In this document: positions 1-9,544 of the stretch, piece after piece
Layout: each line of letters begins with the position of its first letter
How positions within the stretch are numbered: the first letter of the stretch is position 1
NCBI GenBank assembly: GCA_964387335.1
Contig: CAYLWA010000001.1
Location: 1-30,241 of the forward strand
Origin: an uncultured Candidatus Saccharibacteria bacterium
GTDB lineage: Bacteria; Patescibacteriota; Minisyncoccia; Phycocordibacterales; DATDWN01
Length of the DNA stretch: 30,241 bases
Direction of reading: 5' to 3'
The notes under the pieces: generated by a model
What the model saw: only the letters and a program-made list of their open reading frames with translations
Databases searched by the model: none
Told to the model about the DNA's origin: nothing
Position numbers and translations under genes: made by a program

Positions 1-2
1 CT

Positions 3-428
3 GAAGATGGAAACCTAACATCTGCAATAGTTACAACTGGAACAGTTAATACTTCCGTTGTAGGTCCATACACAAAAACTTATTCAGTTACAGATCGTGG
101 AAATCCACCACTTTCAGCTTCTATCACAAGAACTATAAATGTTGTTAGTGGTTCTGGTAGTAATTTTACCCTTACTGTAAACAGGAGCACAGGTGGAACA
201 GTAACAAGTAATGTTGGAGGTATAAATTGTGGCAATACTTGTTCTGCTGTATTTAGTTCTAACACTTCGGTTATTTTGACCGCAACACCTCTTAATGCAC
301 AGTGGATATTTGTCGGTTGGGGGGGTGCTTGTTCGGGAACTTCTTCAACTTGCACAGTTGTAATGTCTTCATCTAAAACTGTAACAGCTGAATTTAGACC
401 AAGACCTTTTGATTACAGAGAATTTTAA
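3..428 (+). CDS. C-terminal part of a secreted/surface protein: bacterial Ig-like (DUF5011-type) domain plus divergent InlB B-repeat-like domain (5' truncated by window)
   Basis: Open frame from nt 3 to TAA 426-428, missed by the ORF track. It reads EDGNLTSAIVTTGTVNTSVVGPYTKTYSVTDRGNPP...TRTINV, then FTLTVNRSTGGTVTSNVGGINCGNTCSAVF...FVGWGGACSGTSSTCTVVMSSSKTVTAEFRPRPFDYREF*. Both segments match motifs typical of these repeat families. Confidence 0.85.
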   Translation, partial: EDGNLTSAIVTTGTVNTSVVGPYTKTYSVTDRGNPPLSASITRTINVVSGSGSNFTLTVNRSTGGTVTSNVGGINCGNTCSAVFSSNTSVILTATPLNAQWIFVGWGGACSGTSSTCTVVMSSSKTVTAEFRPRPFDYREF

Positions 429-432
429 AAGC

Positions 433-460
433 TTTACTTTTTTCTTCTTTTGTCTATAAT
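433..460 (+). promoter_or_regulatory. Sigma70-type promoter for secD (TTTACT-16-TATAAT), probably leaderless
   Basis: TATAAT at 455-460, ATG 7 nt later at 468, no Shine-Dalgarno. Confidence 0.6.
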
Positions 461-467
461 ACTTCTT

Positions 468-1805
468 ATGCTTAAACACAGATTATTATCAATATTTTTA
501 GTCATTTTTTTACTGTTGTCTGCTTTTTTTGTTTACAAAACAGAAAATAAAAACAGTAATTATAAATTTAAATTAGGCCTCGATTTAAATGGTGGAACAG
601 AACTTACTTATAAAATAGATACATCGTCTGTGGCTTCATCTGATATAAATTCATCCATTGAAACATTAAGAGATGTTATTGAAAGAAGAGTTAATATTTT
701 CGGAGTATCTGAACCTGTTGTGTATAGTCAAAACTCTGTTTTCGCTGAAGATCAAAATTCACATAAACTAATAATAGAGTTGCCAGGTGTTTCAAATATA
801 TCTGACGCGATAGAGATGATTGGTCAAACTCCAAAACTTGAATTTATGTTAGTTAATCCTCAAATGAAAAATCTAAGCCAAGAGGAAATAGCTTCTAAAC
901 CAACTTCTGAAGTTTTTATACCAACAGGTCTTGATGGTAGATTATTAAAAAAATCCAATCTCGAATTTACAAATTCATCACAGGGTATTTCAGGTAAGCC
1001 AATAGTTTCTTTAACATTTAATGATGAAGGAAAAGAATTATTTGCAAAAATAACAAAAGAGCACAAAGGGGAATTACTGGCTATATTTTTAGATGGAAAC
1101 CCTGTTTCAATACCTTCAATAAAAGAAGAAATTAAAGATGGTAAAGCTGTTATTTCTGGAAGTTTTACAATGGAAGAAGCAAAAACTTTGGTTAGAAATC
1201 TAAACTATGGAACATTGCCTTTGCCTATATCTATTGAAAGTACAAACCTTATAGGGCCTTCTTTGGGTATCTCAGCTCTTAAAAGCGGTGAAAAAGCTTT
1301 GATGTGGAGCTTTCTTTTAATAGCAATATTCTTGATTTTGTATTACAGACTTCCTGGTGTTGTTGCTTCTGTTTCCTTGGTTTTCTACATAATCCTTTCA
1401 TTTGTTGTATTTAAACTAATACCAATTACTTTAACTTCCGCAGGTATTGCTGGTTTTATTCTCTCTGTTGGTATGGCGGTAGATGCAAATATACTTATAT
1501 TTGAAAGATTAAAAGAGGAAATGAAGAAAGGTAATAACGTTTCAAGTTCTATAAAGCTTGGTTTTTCTAGAGCTTGGCTTTCAATCAGAGATTCAAATAT
1601 TTCATCAATAATAACTTCTATTGTTTTGTTCTGGCTAGGAACTTCTTCTATAAAAGGATTTGCCTTAACTTTAGGTGTTGGAGTTTTAATTTCAATGCTT
1701 ACAGCTATTACAATTTCAAGAACATTTTTGTTTGCAATAGTAAGTGATTCAAAAGTCGATTCAAAAATTAAGAGGTTTTTATTCAGTAACGGTTTTAATC
1801 TTTAA
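468..1805 (+). CDS. secD: Protein translocase subunit SecD
   Basis: LGLDLNGG, IERRVNIFGVSEP, IIELPG, GPSLG, GMAVDANILIFERLKEE, DSNISS, KGFALTL motifs. ATG 468 preferred over the track's TTG 450, which overlaps the -10 box. Confidence 0.97.
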   Translation: MLKHRLLSIFLVIFLLLSAFFVYKTENKNSNYKFKLGLDLNGGTELTYKIDTSSVASSDINSSIETLRDVIERRVNIFGVSEPVVYSQNSVFAEDQNSHKLIIELPGVSNISDAIEMIGQTPKLEFMLVNPQMKNLSQEEIASKPTSEVFIPTGLDGRLLKKSNLEFTNSSQGISGKPIVSLTFNDEGKELFAKITKEHKGELLAIFLDGNPVSIPSIKEEIKDGKAVISGSFTMEEAKTLVRNLNYGTLPLPISIESTNLIGPSLGISALKSGEKALMWSFLLIAIFLILYYRLPGVVASVSLVFYIILSFVVFKLIPITLTSAGIAGFILSVGMAVDANILIFERLKEEMKKGNNVSSSIKLGFSRAWLSIRDSNISSIITSIVLFWLGTSSIKGFALTLGVGVLISMLTAITISRTFLFAIVSDSKVDSKIKRFLFSNGFNL

Positions 1806-1811
1806 AATATT

Positions 1812-2696
1812 ATGTTTATAGTAAAAAATAAAATTTTATTCTTTGGTTTGTCTCTTGTATTAGTCGCGCTTTCTCTGTTCGCTATGTTTAGATTTGGTTT
1901 TAATTTTGGCATAGATTTTACGGGTGGTTCTGTCTTGGAATTAAAATATTTACAAACCAGACCAGATTTAAGTGAAATAAAATCTGATCTTGAAAGTTTA
2001 AATATTGGCCCATTTAATGTTTTTCCAGTTGGTGAATTTGGTGTAAATATCAAATCAAAAAATATCTCTTCAACTCAAAGAGATCTTATGATCCAAAAAT
2101 TAAGTAGATTAGGCGATATACCACTTAAAGAGGAAAAATTTAATTCAATAGGCCCCGCTATTGGCGGTGAATTACAAAGTAAGGCCTATCTAGCTATTGC
2201 TGTCGTGATACTTTGTATTGTTCTTTATATAATGTTTGCGTTTAGAAAACTTAAAAATCCTTTTCATTATGGTTTGGCTACTATAATAGCTTTAATTCAT
2301 GATGTTATTGTTGCAACAGGTGCTTATATATATTGGATTTCATATAAAGGTGGTGAAATAGATCTTTTATTCGTAACCGCGATACTTGCCATACTAGGTT
2401 ATTCTGTTCACGACACAATAGTTGTGTTTGATAGAGTTAGAGAAAATCTACTCTTGAAAGAAAAAAATAGTTTTGAAGATAATGTTGGTATTTCAATCAA
2501 AGAAACTTTTGGAAGATCCATAAATACATCACTTACGATCTTCTTTGCTTTACTCGTCCTTTATTTTGTTGGAAGTCAGTCAACTCACAATTTCTCATTG
2601 GTTCTTTTGGTTGGTGTTGTTGTTGGAACATATTCTTCAATCTTTTTAGCATCCCCACTTCTTTTAGTTTTCAACAAGATAAAAAAGATAAAATAA
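1812..2696 (+). CDS. secF: Protein translocase subunit SecF
   Basis: GIDFTGG, IGPAIG, ALIHDV, GYSVHDTIVVFDRVRE, RSINTSLT, GTYSSIFLA motifs; 6 nt after secD. Confidence 0.97.
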   Translation: MFIVKNKILFFGLSLVLVALSLFAMFRFGFNFGIDFTGGSVLELKYLQTRPDLSEIKSDLESLNIGPFNVFPVGEFGVNIKSKNISSTQRDLMIQKLSRLGDIPLKEEKFNSIGPAIGGELQSKAYLAIAVVILCIVLYIMFAFRKLKNPFHYGLATIIALIHDVIVATGAYIYWISYKGGEIDLLFVTAILAILGYSVHDTIVVFDRVRENLLLKEKNSFEDNVGISIKETFGRSINTSLTIFFALLVLYFVGSQSTHNFSLVLLVGVVVGTYSSIFLASPLLLVFNKIKKIK

Positions 2697-2719
2697 TTTT
2701 TTAATCTTCATTTTTGTTG

Positions 2720-2725
2720 TATAAT
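2720..2725 (+). promoter_or_regulatory. -10 box for the VirD4-like gene (leaderless)
   Basis: TATAAT 2720-2725, ATG at 2734 (8 nt spacer). Confidence 0.5.
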
Positions 2726-2733
2726 TGTATCAA

Positions 2734-4836
2734 ATGGATACAAATCAAATTACATACTTTGCTGAAACTGATGCTAGAGGTAAAAAGATAAAGTTTGGAA
2801 TAAAAGCCAAAGATCGTCTTAAACATATGTATGTCATAGGAAAGACTGGTATGGGTAAGTCGACTCTCCTTGAAAATATGGCCATTCAAGATATTGCAAA
2901 TGGTAATGGTTTGGCAGTTATAGATCCTCACGGAAGCTTTGCTGAAAAAATGTTGGATTATATACCAGAGCACAGGATTCAAGATGTTTTGTATTTTGCG
3001 CCATTTGATATGGAATATCCGGTTTCTTTTAATGTTATGGAAGATGTTGATAAAGATAGAAGACATCTTGTTGTAAATGGTCTGATGTCAACTTTTGAGA
3101 AAATATGGGCCGATGCTTGGTCTGCCAGGATGTCATATATTTTGCAATATACAATCATAGCACTTCTTGAATATCCAAACTCAACACTTTTAGGTATCAA
3201 CAGAATGCTTTCTGACAAGGAATACAGAAAAAAAGTTATAGAAAATGTAACTGATCCTGCGACAAAGTCTTTTTGGATAGATGAGTTTGGTAAATATACC
3301 GAAAAATTTGCAGCTGAAGCCACACCTGCTATACAAAACAAAGTTGGTCAATTTACTTCAAACCCTCTGGTTAGAAACATTATAGGTCAACCAGAATCAT
3401 CTTTTGATGTTAGAAAGATGATGGACGAAAAAAAGATTTTAATAGTTAATCTTTCCAAGGGTCGGGTTGGTGAAGGAAATGCAAATCTAATAGGATCAAT
3501 GCTGATAACCAAAATATATCTAGCGGCTATGTCTCGTGCTGATTTGAGTGAATCCGAGATGTCCAAGCTTCCTAATTTTTACCTTTATGTTGACGAATTT
3601 CAGTCTTTTGCCAATAAATCTTTTGCTGATATTTTGTCAGAAGCTAGAAAATATAAATTAAACTTAACAATAGCGCATCAGTATATAGAGCAGATGGATG
3701 AAGATGTTAGAAATGCTGTTTTTGGTAACGTTGGAACAATGATTACTTTTAGAGTTGGAGCTTTTGATGCTGAAGTTTTGGAAAAAGAATTTTCGCCAAC
3801 TTTTACAGCGGAAGATTTGGTTAATTTGGGTTTTGCACAGGTTTATCTAAAACTTATGATAGACGGTGTTGCATCTAGACCTTTTTCAGCAACAACAATG
3901 GCGCCTATACCAAAACCAGAAATTTCTTTTAGAGGACAGGTTATTGATTCATCAAGAAAAATGTATGCAAGGGAAAGAGTTGTTGTGGAGAAAAATATAG
4001 AATCATTTTTTGATGAGATGAGAACACCGACTCCACCTAAAAAAGATGATAGAAATACGAGTTCAGGTTTTTCAAATAAACCAAAAGATAATAATTTTTC
4101 AAACAGAGATTTTAATAGAGACTTTAAACCAAATACAAATAATTTGGAGACCGTAAAAAGTCAGTCTGTAAATGTTGTTACGACACAGACAGATCAAAAA
4201 GAAAATATAAATACGAATACGAATACAAATACAGCAGATAAAAACAAGGAAGCTTTTTTAAAGGCAAAGGAGGAATTGTTGAAGATGGAAAGTGGTTTGG
4301 TGATTGATAAAAAACCAGAATCTTCACCCGTCCCTTTAAATGTAAATAATTTAAATGAAGTTGAAAAAAATAAAATACCGACTCAACAAAATATCAAATC
4401 TTTAAAAGATGCGTTGTCGTCCGTTTTAAAAACAGTAGAAAATCCTAAAAAGGAAAATACTAACACTGTTGTTAATAATCACAATACGGAATTTCAGCCA
4501 AAAAAAATAGAGCAAAATAATATACAATCTGCTGAGCTGATAAAAAATGAAAGTGTTAAAAATGAAATACCATCAAATCTCTCACTTAAACCAGAACCAA
4601 AACCTATAAATATTGATGTAAAACCTGTTGAATTTAAAAAGGAGCCAGTTTTAGATCATAATCATAAAAATATAAAAACAGAAACCCATATTTCTTTTGG
4701 TGGGCAAAAAATAGATGGTAAAAGTAATATTGATAATACAAATCATATCCAAAAACCAAATGATATTGATATACCTAAAAAAATCGTAAAAGAAGTTCCA
4801 GAGGATGTTTTAAAGAGTCTTTTAAGTATGGATTGA
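2734..4836 (+). CDS. VirD4/TrwB-like (type IV coupling protein / HerA-FtsK superfamily) P-loop ATPase with long low-complexity C-terminal tail
   Basis: Walker A GKTGMGKS, IDPHG, Walker B LYVDEFQ, SEARKYKLNLTIAHQY, GNVGTMITFRVG. The last ~270 aa are N/K/P/E-rich and probably disordered. Confidence 0.9.
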   Translation: MDTNQITYFAETDARGKKIKFGIKAKDRLKHMYVIGKTGMGKSTLLENMAIQDIANGNGLAVIDPHGSFAEKMLDYIPEHRIQDVLYFAPFDMEYPVSFNVMEDVDKDRRHLVVNGLMSTFEKIWADAWSARMSYILQYTIIALLEYPNSTLLGINRMLSDKEYRKKVIENVTDPATKSFWIDEFGKYTEKFAAEATPAIQNKVGQFTSNPLVRNIIGQPESSFDVRKMMDEKKILIVNLSKGRVGEGNANLIGSMLITKIYLAAMSRADLSESEMSKLPNFYLYVDEFQSFANKSFADILSEARKYKLNLTIAHQYIEQMDEDVRNAVFGNVGTMITFRVGAFDAEVLEKEFSPTFTAEDLVNLGFAQVYLKLMIDGVASRPFSATTMAPIPKPEISFRGQVIDSSRKMYARERVVVEKNIESFFDEMRTPTPPKKDDRNTSSGFSNKPKDNNFSNRDFNRDFKPNTNNLETVKSQSVNVVTTQTDQKENINTNTNTNTADKNKEAFLKAKEELLKMESGLVIDKKPESSPVPLNVNNLNEVEKNKIPTQQNIKSLKDALSSVLKTVENPKKENTNTVVNNHNTEFQPKKIEQNNIQSAELIKNESVKNEIPSNLSLKPEPKPINIDVKPVEFKKEPVLDHNHKNIKTETHISFGGQKIDGKSNIDNTNHIQKPNDIDIPKKIVKEVPEDVLKSLLSMD
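4210..4233 (+). repeat. In-frame hexamer microsatellite (AATACR)x4 encoding NTNTNTNT
   Basis: AATACG AATACG AATACA AATACA read directly. Confidence 0.8.
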
Positions 4837-4846
4837 TTTGTCATTT

Positions 4847-5968
4847 ATGAAAAAAAATATTTTAATTTTTATAACTTCTTATTATCCAAATGTTGGTGGT
4901 GCAGAAGTTGCTGTTAAAGAAATTACAGACAGGGTTACTAATTTTAATTATCATCTGATATGTTTTTCTGATAATAAAAAAAATGTTGATATAGAAAAGA
5001 TTGGTAATGTAAATGTCTACAGGGTTAACGGTTTTAAATTCCTATTTCCTTTTACTGGTTTTTTTAAAGCATTAAGATTAAATAAAAATATTGAATTTGA
5101 TGCTGTTTGGTCTATTATGGCAACTTATGCTGGATTTGCTGGTTTGTTTTTTAAATTATACAAAAAATGTAAGTTCTTATTAACTTTACAAGAAGGTGAT
5201 CCTCTTTATACAATGAAGCTTAAAGCGTGGTTTGTTTATCCTTTATTTGTAATGATATTTAGATTTGCTGATAAAATACAAGCTATTTCAAATTTTCTAG
5301 CTTCCTATGCCAAGGATATGGGATATAAAAAAGAACCTGTTGTTATTCCAAATGGTGTTGATTTGACGGTCTTCACAAAGAGAAATTCAGATTTAGATAT
5401 TGAAAAATGTAAAAAAGATTTAAATATTTTAAATGATGACTTTATTTTAATTACTGCATCAAGATTGGTTTATAAAAATGCGGTAGATGATGTCATAAAA
5501 TCTTTGGTTTTTTTGCCAAAACAGGTTAAATTTTTAGTTGTTGGTATTGGTAAAGAAGAAAAAAAATTAAGAAAGCTTGCGAAAGATTTAGGTGTAAGGG
5601 ATAGAGTTGTTTTTGTTGGATTTGTTCCGCATCATAAAATAACTTTACTTCTAAATTTATCTGATGTTTTTATTAGAGTTTCTAGATCAGAAGGCTTTGG
5701 AAATTCATTTATTGAGGCTATGGCAAGCGGACTTCCGGTTATATCTAGTCCTGTTGGGGGAATACCAGATTTTATAAGTGATGGTGTAACCGGATTGTTT
5801 GCTTGTCCAAATAATCCAAAGAGTATTGTTGAAAAAATAAAGCTCCTTATGGATGATAGTAATCTTAAAAAAACAATTGGACTAAATGGTCAAAAAATGG
5901 TAGTCTCAGATTATTCTTGGGATTTAGTGTCGTCTAAAATAGAGAATGATTTTTTCAGTGAAATCTAA
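4847..5968 (+). CDS. GT4 (GT-B) glycosyltransferase
   Basis: YYPNVGGAE, TASRLVYKN, FVGFVPH, EGFGNSFIEAMASG (E-x7-E). ATG 4847 preferred over TTG 4838. Confidence 0.93.
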   Translation: MKKNILIFITSYYPNVGGAEVAVKEITDRVTNFNYHLICFSDNKKNVDIEKIGNVNVYRVNGFKFLFPFTGFFKALRLNKNIEFDAVWSIMATYAGFAGLFFKLYKKCKFLLTLQEGDPLYTMKLKAWFVYPLFVMIFRFADKIQAISNFLASYAKDMGYKKEPVVIPNGVDLTVFTKRNSDLDIEKCKKDLNILNDDFILITASRLVYKNAVDDVIKSLVFLPKQVKFLVVGIGKEEKKLRKLAKDLGVRDRVVFVGFVPHHKITLLLNLSDVFIRVSRSEGFGNSFIEAMASGLPVISSPVGGIPDFISDGVTGLFACPNNPKSIVEKIKLLMDDSNLKKTIGLNGQKMVVSDYSWDLVSSKIENDFFSEI

Positions 5969-5972
5969 AAAA

Positions 5973-6992
5973 ATGGATAAAAAATTAAAAATCTTAATAA
6001 CTACGGGTATATATCCGCCTGATCTAGGAGGTCCGGCAAAGTATGCTGTGATGCTTTCATCTGGAATAAATAATTTGGGACACAGTGTCACAGCTTTTGC
6101 ATTTAGTAGGTATTTAAAATATCCGACTGGCATAAGACATATCATCTATTTTCTCAAAGTTTTTTTTAAAGTATATAAGTCTGATTTTGTAATAGCTCTT
6201 GATACTTTTTCAGTTTGTTTACCTTCTTTTGTCGCTTGTAAGATATTAAGAAAAAAAATTATTGTAAGAACGGGTGGTGATTTTTTATGGGAATCCTATT
6301 TGGATAGAACACAGAAAACTATAAAACTTTCTGATTTTTATAAAGAGGACAGATTTTTTAACTTAAAAGAAAGATTAGTTTTTTGGATAACAAAAGTCTT
6401 ATTAAATAATGTAGATGTTGTTGTTTTTAGCACCAAATATCAAAAAGATATTTTTACATCAGCTTATGATATATCAGAAGATAGGTGTGCCATTATAGAG
6501 AATTTGTATTTAAAAAACGATAAGAGAAATATTGTTCCAAAAAAGAAAGTTTTCATAGCCCCATTTAGAAATACTTTTTTCAAAAACAAAAATAGGATTG
6601 TTAAAGCTTTTGAAATTATAAATAAAAGATTTGTTGATGTTTTCATTGATTTCAAAACTTACTCAGGTGATGAGTTCGAAAGACATTTAAGAGATTGTTA
6701 TGCTGTTCTTATACCATCCCTATCTGAAATTAGTCCAAATTTAGCCATAGAGGCTACTTGCTCTGGTATCCCGGTTATACTTACAGAAGATTGTGGTATA
6801 AAAGAAAGACTGGATGGTTATGTTGTCTGGGTTAATCCTGAAAGTGTTGAGGATATCGTATTAAAGATTGAAAAAATGATTGATAATACAGAGTATTCTT
6901 CTTTGGTCTCAAAACTTACAAGGTTTGATTTTGAACATAACAAGGAAGATATAGCTAGGGAATTTCTAAATATTTATCAGAGAATAAAATAA
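5973..6992 (+). CDS. GT4-like glycosyltransferase with compact C-terminal domain
   Basis: TGIYPPDLGGPA, PSLSEISPNLAIEA. ATG 5973, 4 nt after the upstream stop, preferred over 5946. Confidence 0.85.
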   Translation: MDKKLKILITTGIYPPDLGGPAKYAVMLSSGINNLGHSVTAFAFSRYLKYPTGIRHIIYFLKVFFKVYKSDFVIALDTFSVCLPSFVACKILRKKIIVRTGGDFLWESYLDRTQKTIKLSDFYKEDRFFNLKERLVFWITKVLLNNVDVVVFSTKYQKDIFTSAYDISEDRCAIIENLYLKNDKRNIVPKKKVFIAPFRNTFFKNKNRIVKAFEIINKRFVDVFIDFKTYSGDEFERHLRDCYAVLIPSLSEISPNLAIEATCSGIPVILTEDCGIKERLDGYVVWVNPESVEDIVLKIEKMIDNTEYSSLVSKLTRFDFEHNKEDIAREFLNIYQRIK

Positions 6993-6993
6993 T

Positions 6994-8115
6994 ATGAATG
7001 TTTATACAATAGGATCTGATAGGAATATTTTTAATGAAAAAACTTTTGCTTTTAAAAGAATGTTTGCGTATGCCTCAAAATTAAACAATCTCTCAATAAT
7101 TATCCTTTCTCTAAAAAATAGTAATTTGCAAGAAAAACATATTGGCAATTTACATCTTTATCCAACCAATTCAATTTCAAAAGTATTATATCCTTTTGAT
7201 ATATTTAAAATATTTTTTAAGATTTTTAAAAAAGGCTATAAGGATTCTTTGATTGTGTCACAAGATCCTTTCGAGTTAGGTTTTATTTCTCTTGTTTTGT
7301 CAAAAATATTTAGTTTAAAGTTACAAATACAAATACATACTGATTTTTTTAATAATAATTTTAAATCCAGTGCACTTGGTTTATTAAGATTTTTTTTAGC
7401 TAAATTTGTATTAAATTTTTATTCTAGAATTAGAGTTGTTTCTTCTGATATTAAATTTAATCTAATTTCTTATTTTAAAATAAAAGAAGATAGAATAGAT
7501 GTTTTACCAATTCTCATTGATAAAGAAAAAATAGAAAATTCTAAACCTATAAATCTCAAAGAAATGTTCAAGGGTTTTAATAAATTTGTTTTGGTGGCTT
7601 CCAGATTAACAGAGGAAAAAATGGTAAATAAAGTTATAGAGGCTTTTAAATTGGTCTTAATTGATAATCCAAAAACTTTACTTTTAATCTGTGGTGACGG
7701 TGTCTTAAAAAATGATTTGGAAAGATTATCTGTTGATTTGGGTATCTCTAAAAATATTAAATTTTTAGGTTGGAGGGATGACATATTTTCCTACATGAAA
7801 TCTGTTGATGTTTTTATTTCTAATTCACTTTACGAAGGTTATGGTATGTCCGTTGTTGAAGCAGGGTTTTGTAAGTGTCCTATTGTAACAACTAAAACAG
7901 GAATAGCTGAATCTATTTTTAAAGATTTGGAAAATTGTCTTTTTGTTTCCTGTTTAGATATTTCTGGTATTTCTGATAAAATAAATATGTTTTTAGATGA
8001 TAAATTGTTTTCTGAAAAAATTATAAATAATACTTTTAATTTACTGAATGACAATTATTCATTTGAAAATTATGTAGAAGATTATATTAGTTTATTAAAA
8101 AAATGCCTATCATAA
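6994..8115 (+). CDS. GT4 glycosyltransferase
   Basis: VASRLTEEK, FLGWRDD, EGYGMSVVEAG. Confidence 0.92.
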   Translation: MNVYTIGSDRNIFNEKTFAFKRMFAYASKLNNLSIIILSLKNSNLQEKHIGNLHLYPTNSISKVLYPFDIFKIFFKIFKKGYKDSLIVSQDPFELGFISLVLSKIFSLKLQIQIHTDFFNNNFKSSALGLLRFFLAKFVLNFYSRIRVVSSDIKFNLISYFKIKEDRIDVLPILIDKEKIENSKPINLKEMFKGFNKFVLVASRLTEEKMVNKVIEAFKLVLIDNPKTLLLICGDGVLKNDLERLSVDLGISKNIKFLGWRDDIFSYMKSVDVFISNSLYEGYGMSVVEAGFCKCPIVTTKTGIAESIFKDLENCLFVSCLDISGISDKINMFLDDKLFSEKIINNTFNLLNDNYSFENYVEDYISLLKKCLS

Positions 8116-8501
8116 AATTTTTAATTGAGCATATTTTTATTAGATATGTAATATCTGGGGGAACAAGCGCATCGGTTAACCTTGCAGTTCTTTATATATT
8201 TAAATACAAGTTACATTTCTATTATCTAACAGCGTCTATAATTGCTTTTATTGTTGGTTTTTTTGTCAGTTTAATACTTCATAAGTTTTTTACATTTAGA
8301 GATCATTCGACTGAAAATATACACAAACAAACAGCAATGTATCTAATGTCTTCACTTTTTGGTTTAAGTTTGAACACAACTTTGATGTATATTTTTGTTG
8401 ATATTTTAAATATTTGGATTATGTTTTCTCAAGTCTTGGCTGGTATTTTGGTTGCTTCTTGTACATTTTTTATATCCAAGCATATTGTCTTTAAAAAATA
8501 A
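8103..8501 (+). CDS. GtrA-family small membrane protein (putative polyprenyl-phosphate-sugar flippase/scaffold)
   Basis: 132 aa, four hydrophobic segments, RYVISGG...VNL...HKFFTFR...F pattern; overlaps the upstream GT by 13 nt. Confidence 0.9.
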   Translation: MPIIKFLIEHIFIRYVISGGTSASVNLAVLYIFKYKLHFYYLTASIIAFIVGFFVSLILHKFFTFRDHSTENIHKQTAMYLMSSLFGLSLNTTLMYIFVDILNIWIMFSQVLAGILVASCTFFISKHIVFKK

Positions 8502-8503
8502 AT

Positions 8504-9544
8504 ATGAACATACTTTTAATAACACAGGCAGTTGATAAGCAAAACACAACGCTAGGTTTTTTTACAAGGTGGATTGAGGAGTTTGCAAAAAACTCTGATA
8601 AAGTTTTTGTTATTTGTCTTTATGAAGGTGAACATAATTTTAATGATAATAAAAAAATTAAAATTTATTCTTTGGGTAAAGATAGAGGTTTATCTAAGTT
8701 TCAAATCTTAATAAACTTTTTCAAAATACTTTTTAAACTAAGGAAAGAATATCAAAATGTTTTTGTTCATATGAATCAGGAGTATATAGTCTTGGCCGGT
8801 ATTTTTTGGAGACTGTATAGGAAAAAAGTATTCTTTTGGAGAAATCATCCGATGGGAGATTTTTTAACTAATGTTGCTGTTTATTTTTCTTTTAAAGTTT
8901 TTGCTACTGCAAAAGGGGCTTATGTTAATAGATTTAGTAAAACAGAAATTATGCCGGTTGGAGTTGATAATTATTTGTTTAAAAATAATTCTTCTTCAAG
9001 AAAAAAGGGTCAAATACTAATGCTCGGTAGAATCTCTCCAATAAAAAGAATAGAGGCGGGTTTGGAAATAGTTTCCAGACTTGTTGCATCTTCTTTTGAT
9101 ATTAAACTTATTATTGTTGGGGATTTTTTACCAAAAGATCGTGTGTATTTTTCTTTCTTAGAAAATTTTGTTAAATCAGCCAAAATATCTGAATTTGTTG
9201 AGTTTAGAAAAGGTGTACCTTTTTCTAAAACATCAGATTTTTATAATCAAAGTGAATTCTTTTTAAATTTTACATCTTCTGGAAGTTTTGATAAAACTAT
9301 AATTGAAGCTTTGTCTTGTGGTTGTAAAGTTTTAACAACTAATAGTTCTGTAAAAGATATATTGCCAAAGTATTCGTATTGCATTGATGATTCAGAAAGT
9401 AGGTTTGAGGCTTTTAAAGAACTGATGTCTTTAAGTGGAGAGTCTCTTGATAAATATCAAAGAGAATCTTTGGAGGTTTCAAAACATCATAGTCTTACAA
9501 ATCTTATTAATCTAATAACTTTATGTATAAATCAAAAAAAGTAA
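8504..9544 (+). CDS. GT4-like glycosyltransferase (GSFDK variant of the E-x7-E motif)
   Basis: LGRISPIKRIE, SGSFDKTIIEALSCG. Confidence 0.85.
   Translation: MNILLITQAVDKQNTTLGFFTRWIEEFAKNSDKVFVICLYEGEHNFNDNKKIKIYSLGKDRGLSKFQILINFFKILFKLRKEYQNVFVHMNQEYIVLAGIFWRLYRKKVFFWRNHPMGDFLTNVAVYFSFKVFATAKGAYVNRFSKTEIMPVGVDNYLFKNNSSSRKKGQILMLGRISPIKRIEAGLEIVSRLVASSFDIKLIIVGDFLPKDRVYFSFLENFVKSAKISEFVEFRKGVPFSKTSDFYNQSEFFLNFTSSGSFDKTIIEALSCGCKVLTTNSSVKDILPKYSYCIDDSESRFEAFKELMSLSGESLDKYQRESLEVSKHHSLTNLINLITLCINQKK

Noticed and set aside
80-355. 91-aa - strand ORF in the track
   Set aside because: Antisense shadow of the + strand surface-protein frame (3..428), which has recognisable domains.
2734-4836. Integrative conjugative element or plasmid around the VirD4-like gene
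   Set aside because: No integrase, relaxase, VirB genes, att repeats or tRNA; the flanks are housekeeping and envelope genes.
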